Part shown: positions 63,405-64,000 of the stretch, piece after piece
Layout: each line of letters opens with the position of its first letter
Numbering within the stretch: the stretch's first letter is position 1
Assembly: GCA_964472315.1 (NCBI GenBank)
Contig: CAYYJS010000007.1
Span: forward strand, 14,299-78,298
Reading direction: 5' to 3'
Origin: an uncultured Victivallales bacterium
Lineage (GTDB): Bacteria; Verrucomicrobiota; Kiritimatiellia; UBA8416
Length of the DNA: 64,000 nucleotides
Notes under the pieces: model-generated
The model's database searches: none
What the model saw: only the letters and a program-made list of their open reading frames with translations
Told to the model about the DNA's origin: nothing
Position numbers and translations under genes: made by a program

Positions 63405-64000
63405 TCAAGCACGCGTATTCGGGGTGGGGTGGTGGTTGGCCTTCTCGAGGTGCAAATGGCGGACATCCTTGCCGTTGACCGCGTAGATGGTGGCTTCGGC
63501 GATGTTGACGGCGTGATCGCCGACACGTTCCACCGAACGCGTAATCATCATCAGGTCCAACGCACGGCCGATGTTGTTCGGCTCCCGTTCCATGCAGCCG
63601 ATCAACTCGGCGGTCAACCGGTCGTGGATGGCGTCCACTTCGGTATCCATCCGCAGAATCTCGATCGCCTGGTCGGTCGAGCGATCCGCGAATGCCTTGA
63701 TGCTGAGGCGCAGCATCTGCCGCGCGATCTCGGCCATCCTGGGCAGATCCGTGAGCGCCTTGAGCGGCTCCACGGTCAGCATGTGCTGCACGTGGTGGCA
63801 GATATGTTCCGTCTGATCGCCAATCCGTTCCAGCGCGCCGCTGATGCGCGGTATCATCAGGAGCAGCCGCAAGTCCGCGGCAACCGGCGTGTAGATGCCG
63901 ATCATCTCCACGGTCTTGTCATCCACTTCCAGTTGCAGTCCGTCCATTCTCTTCTCGTCGTCGTAGACGCATTGCAGCAGGTTCTGCTCGCGCTCGGTCA
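63405..64000 (-). CDS. phoU: Phosphate-uptake regulator PhoU (N-terminus beyond window end)
   Basis: Two PhoU repeats with ERIGDxxxxI and VERVGDHAVNIAE motifs. Confidence 0.7.
   Translation of the reverse strand, partial: TEREQNLLQCVYDDEKRMDGLQLEVDDKTVEMIGIYTPVAADLRLLLMIPRISGALERIGDQTEHICHHVQHMLTVEPLKALTDLPRMAEIARQMLRLSIKAFADRSTDQAIEILRMDTEVDAIHDRLTAELIGCMEREPNNIGRALDLMMITRSVERVGDHAVNIAEATIYAVNGKDVRHLHLEKANHHPTPNTRA

Noticed and set aside
1-64000. Scan for CRISPR arrays, rRNA genes, IS elements/transposases and integrases
   Set aside because: No regularly spaced short repeats, no rRNA-like conserved stretches, and no transposase or integrase (DDE, tyrosine- or serine-recombinase apart from xerC) motifs were seen in any frame.

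Overview
GC-rich (~65%) bacterial chromosomal window carrying about 55 genes on both strands. No rRNA, CRISPR array, transposase or integrase was recognised. Families named below are recognised from motifs read in the six-frame translations; coordinates marked as start-adjusted were moved to the first Met or GTG with a plausible RBS. The GTTAAAAAATTAAC motif (finding 10) sits in front of both hydrogenase operons.

Main contents, in order:
- **Phosphorelay / partner-switching module (1..3630):** a truncated hybrid-kinase receiver, an Hpt protein, a fused REC–PP2C(SpoIIE)–HATPase(RsbW-like) protein, a polyprenyl-phosphate sugar transferase and a STAS anti-sigma antagonist. Gene remnants follow at 3627..4078.
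- **Envelope / signalling block (4065..13459):** GT2 glycosyltransferase; a translationally coupled sensor kinase – TatD – MoCF-domain operon; a three-lipoprotein cluster (LpoB/FlgO-like COG3417, unknown lipoprotein, LPP20/FlgP-like); a membrane-anchored zinc hydrolase with a Hedgehog-N ('Hedge') domain.
- **Housekeeping:** dprA–topA–xerC (topA carries an unusual Cys-poor tandem-repeat C-terminus), a PQQ-type beta-propeller protein, a four-gene sugar-metabolism operon, a DUF362-ferredoxin protein.
- **ebo-type cluster (25944..31355):** TatD-like / UbiA prenyltransferase / AP-superfamily phosphodiesterase / DHQ-synthase-like / xylose-isomerase-like TIM barrel, with a convergent radical-SAM + unknown gene pair.
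- **Two hydrogenases:** a trimeric HydABC-type [FeFe]-hydrogenase operon (atypical TSCSP H-cluster motif) followed by a stand-alone receiver gene; on the minus strand hypB–hypA–hypE–hypF, an endopeptidase and a group-3b-like [NiFe] sulfhydrogenase operon (beta/gamma/delta/alpha).
- **Further genes:** nfu-like, mnmA, EamA transporter, efp, a Ser/Thr kinase-like protein lacking both catalytic Asp residues, a secreted glutathione peroxidase, MFS transporter, phoU (truncated by the window end).
- **tRNA-Ser(CGA) island (~7.9 kb):** flanked by a ~58-bp imperfect direct repeat. It carries two AAA ATPases, a nucleotidyltransferase/PIN pair, an orphan type I HsdM next to a DUF1016(PD-(D/E)xK)–HsdR-C-terminal fusion, and an excisionase-like HTH gene; no integrase is present.

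Most worth a second look: the ebo cluster, the hsdM / nuclease-fusion pair in the tRNA island, the Hedge-domain protein, the pseudokinase, the [FeFe]-hydrogenase Cys-to-Ser substitution and the shared hydrogenase-operon motif.
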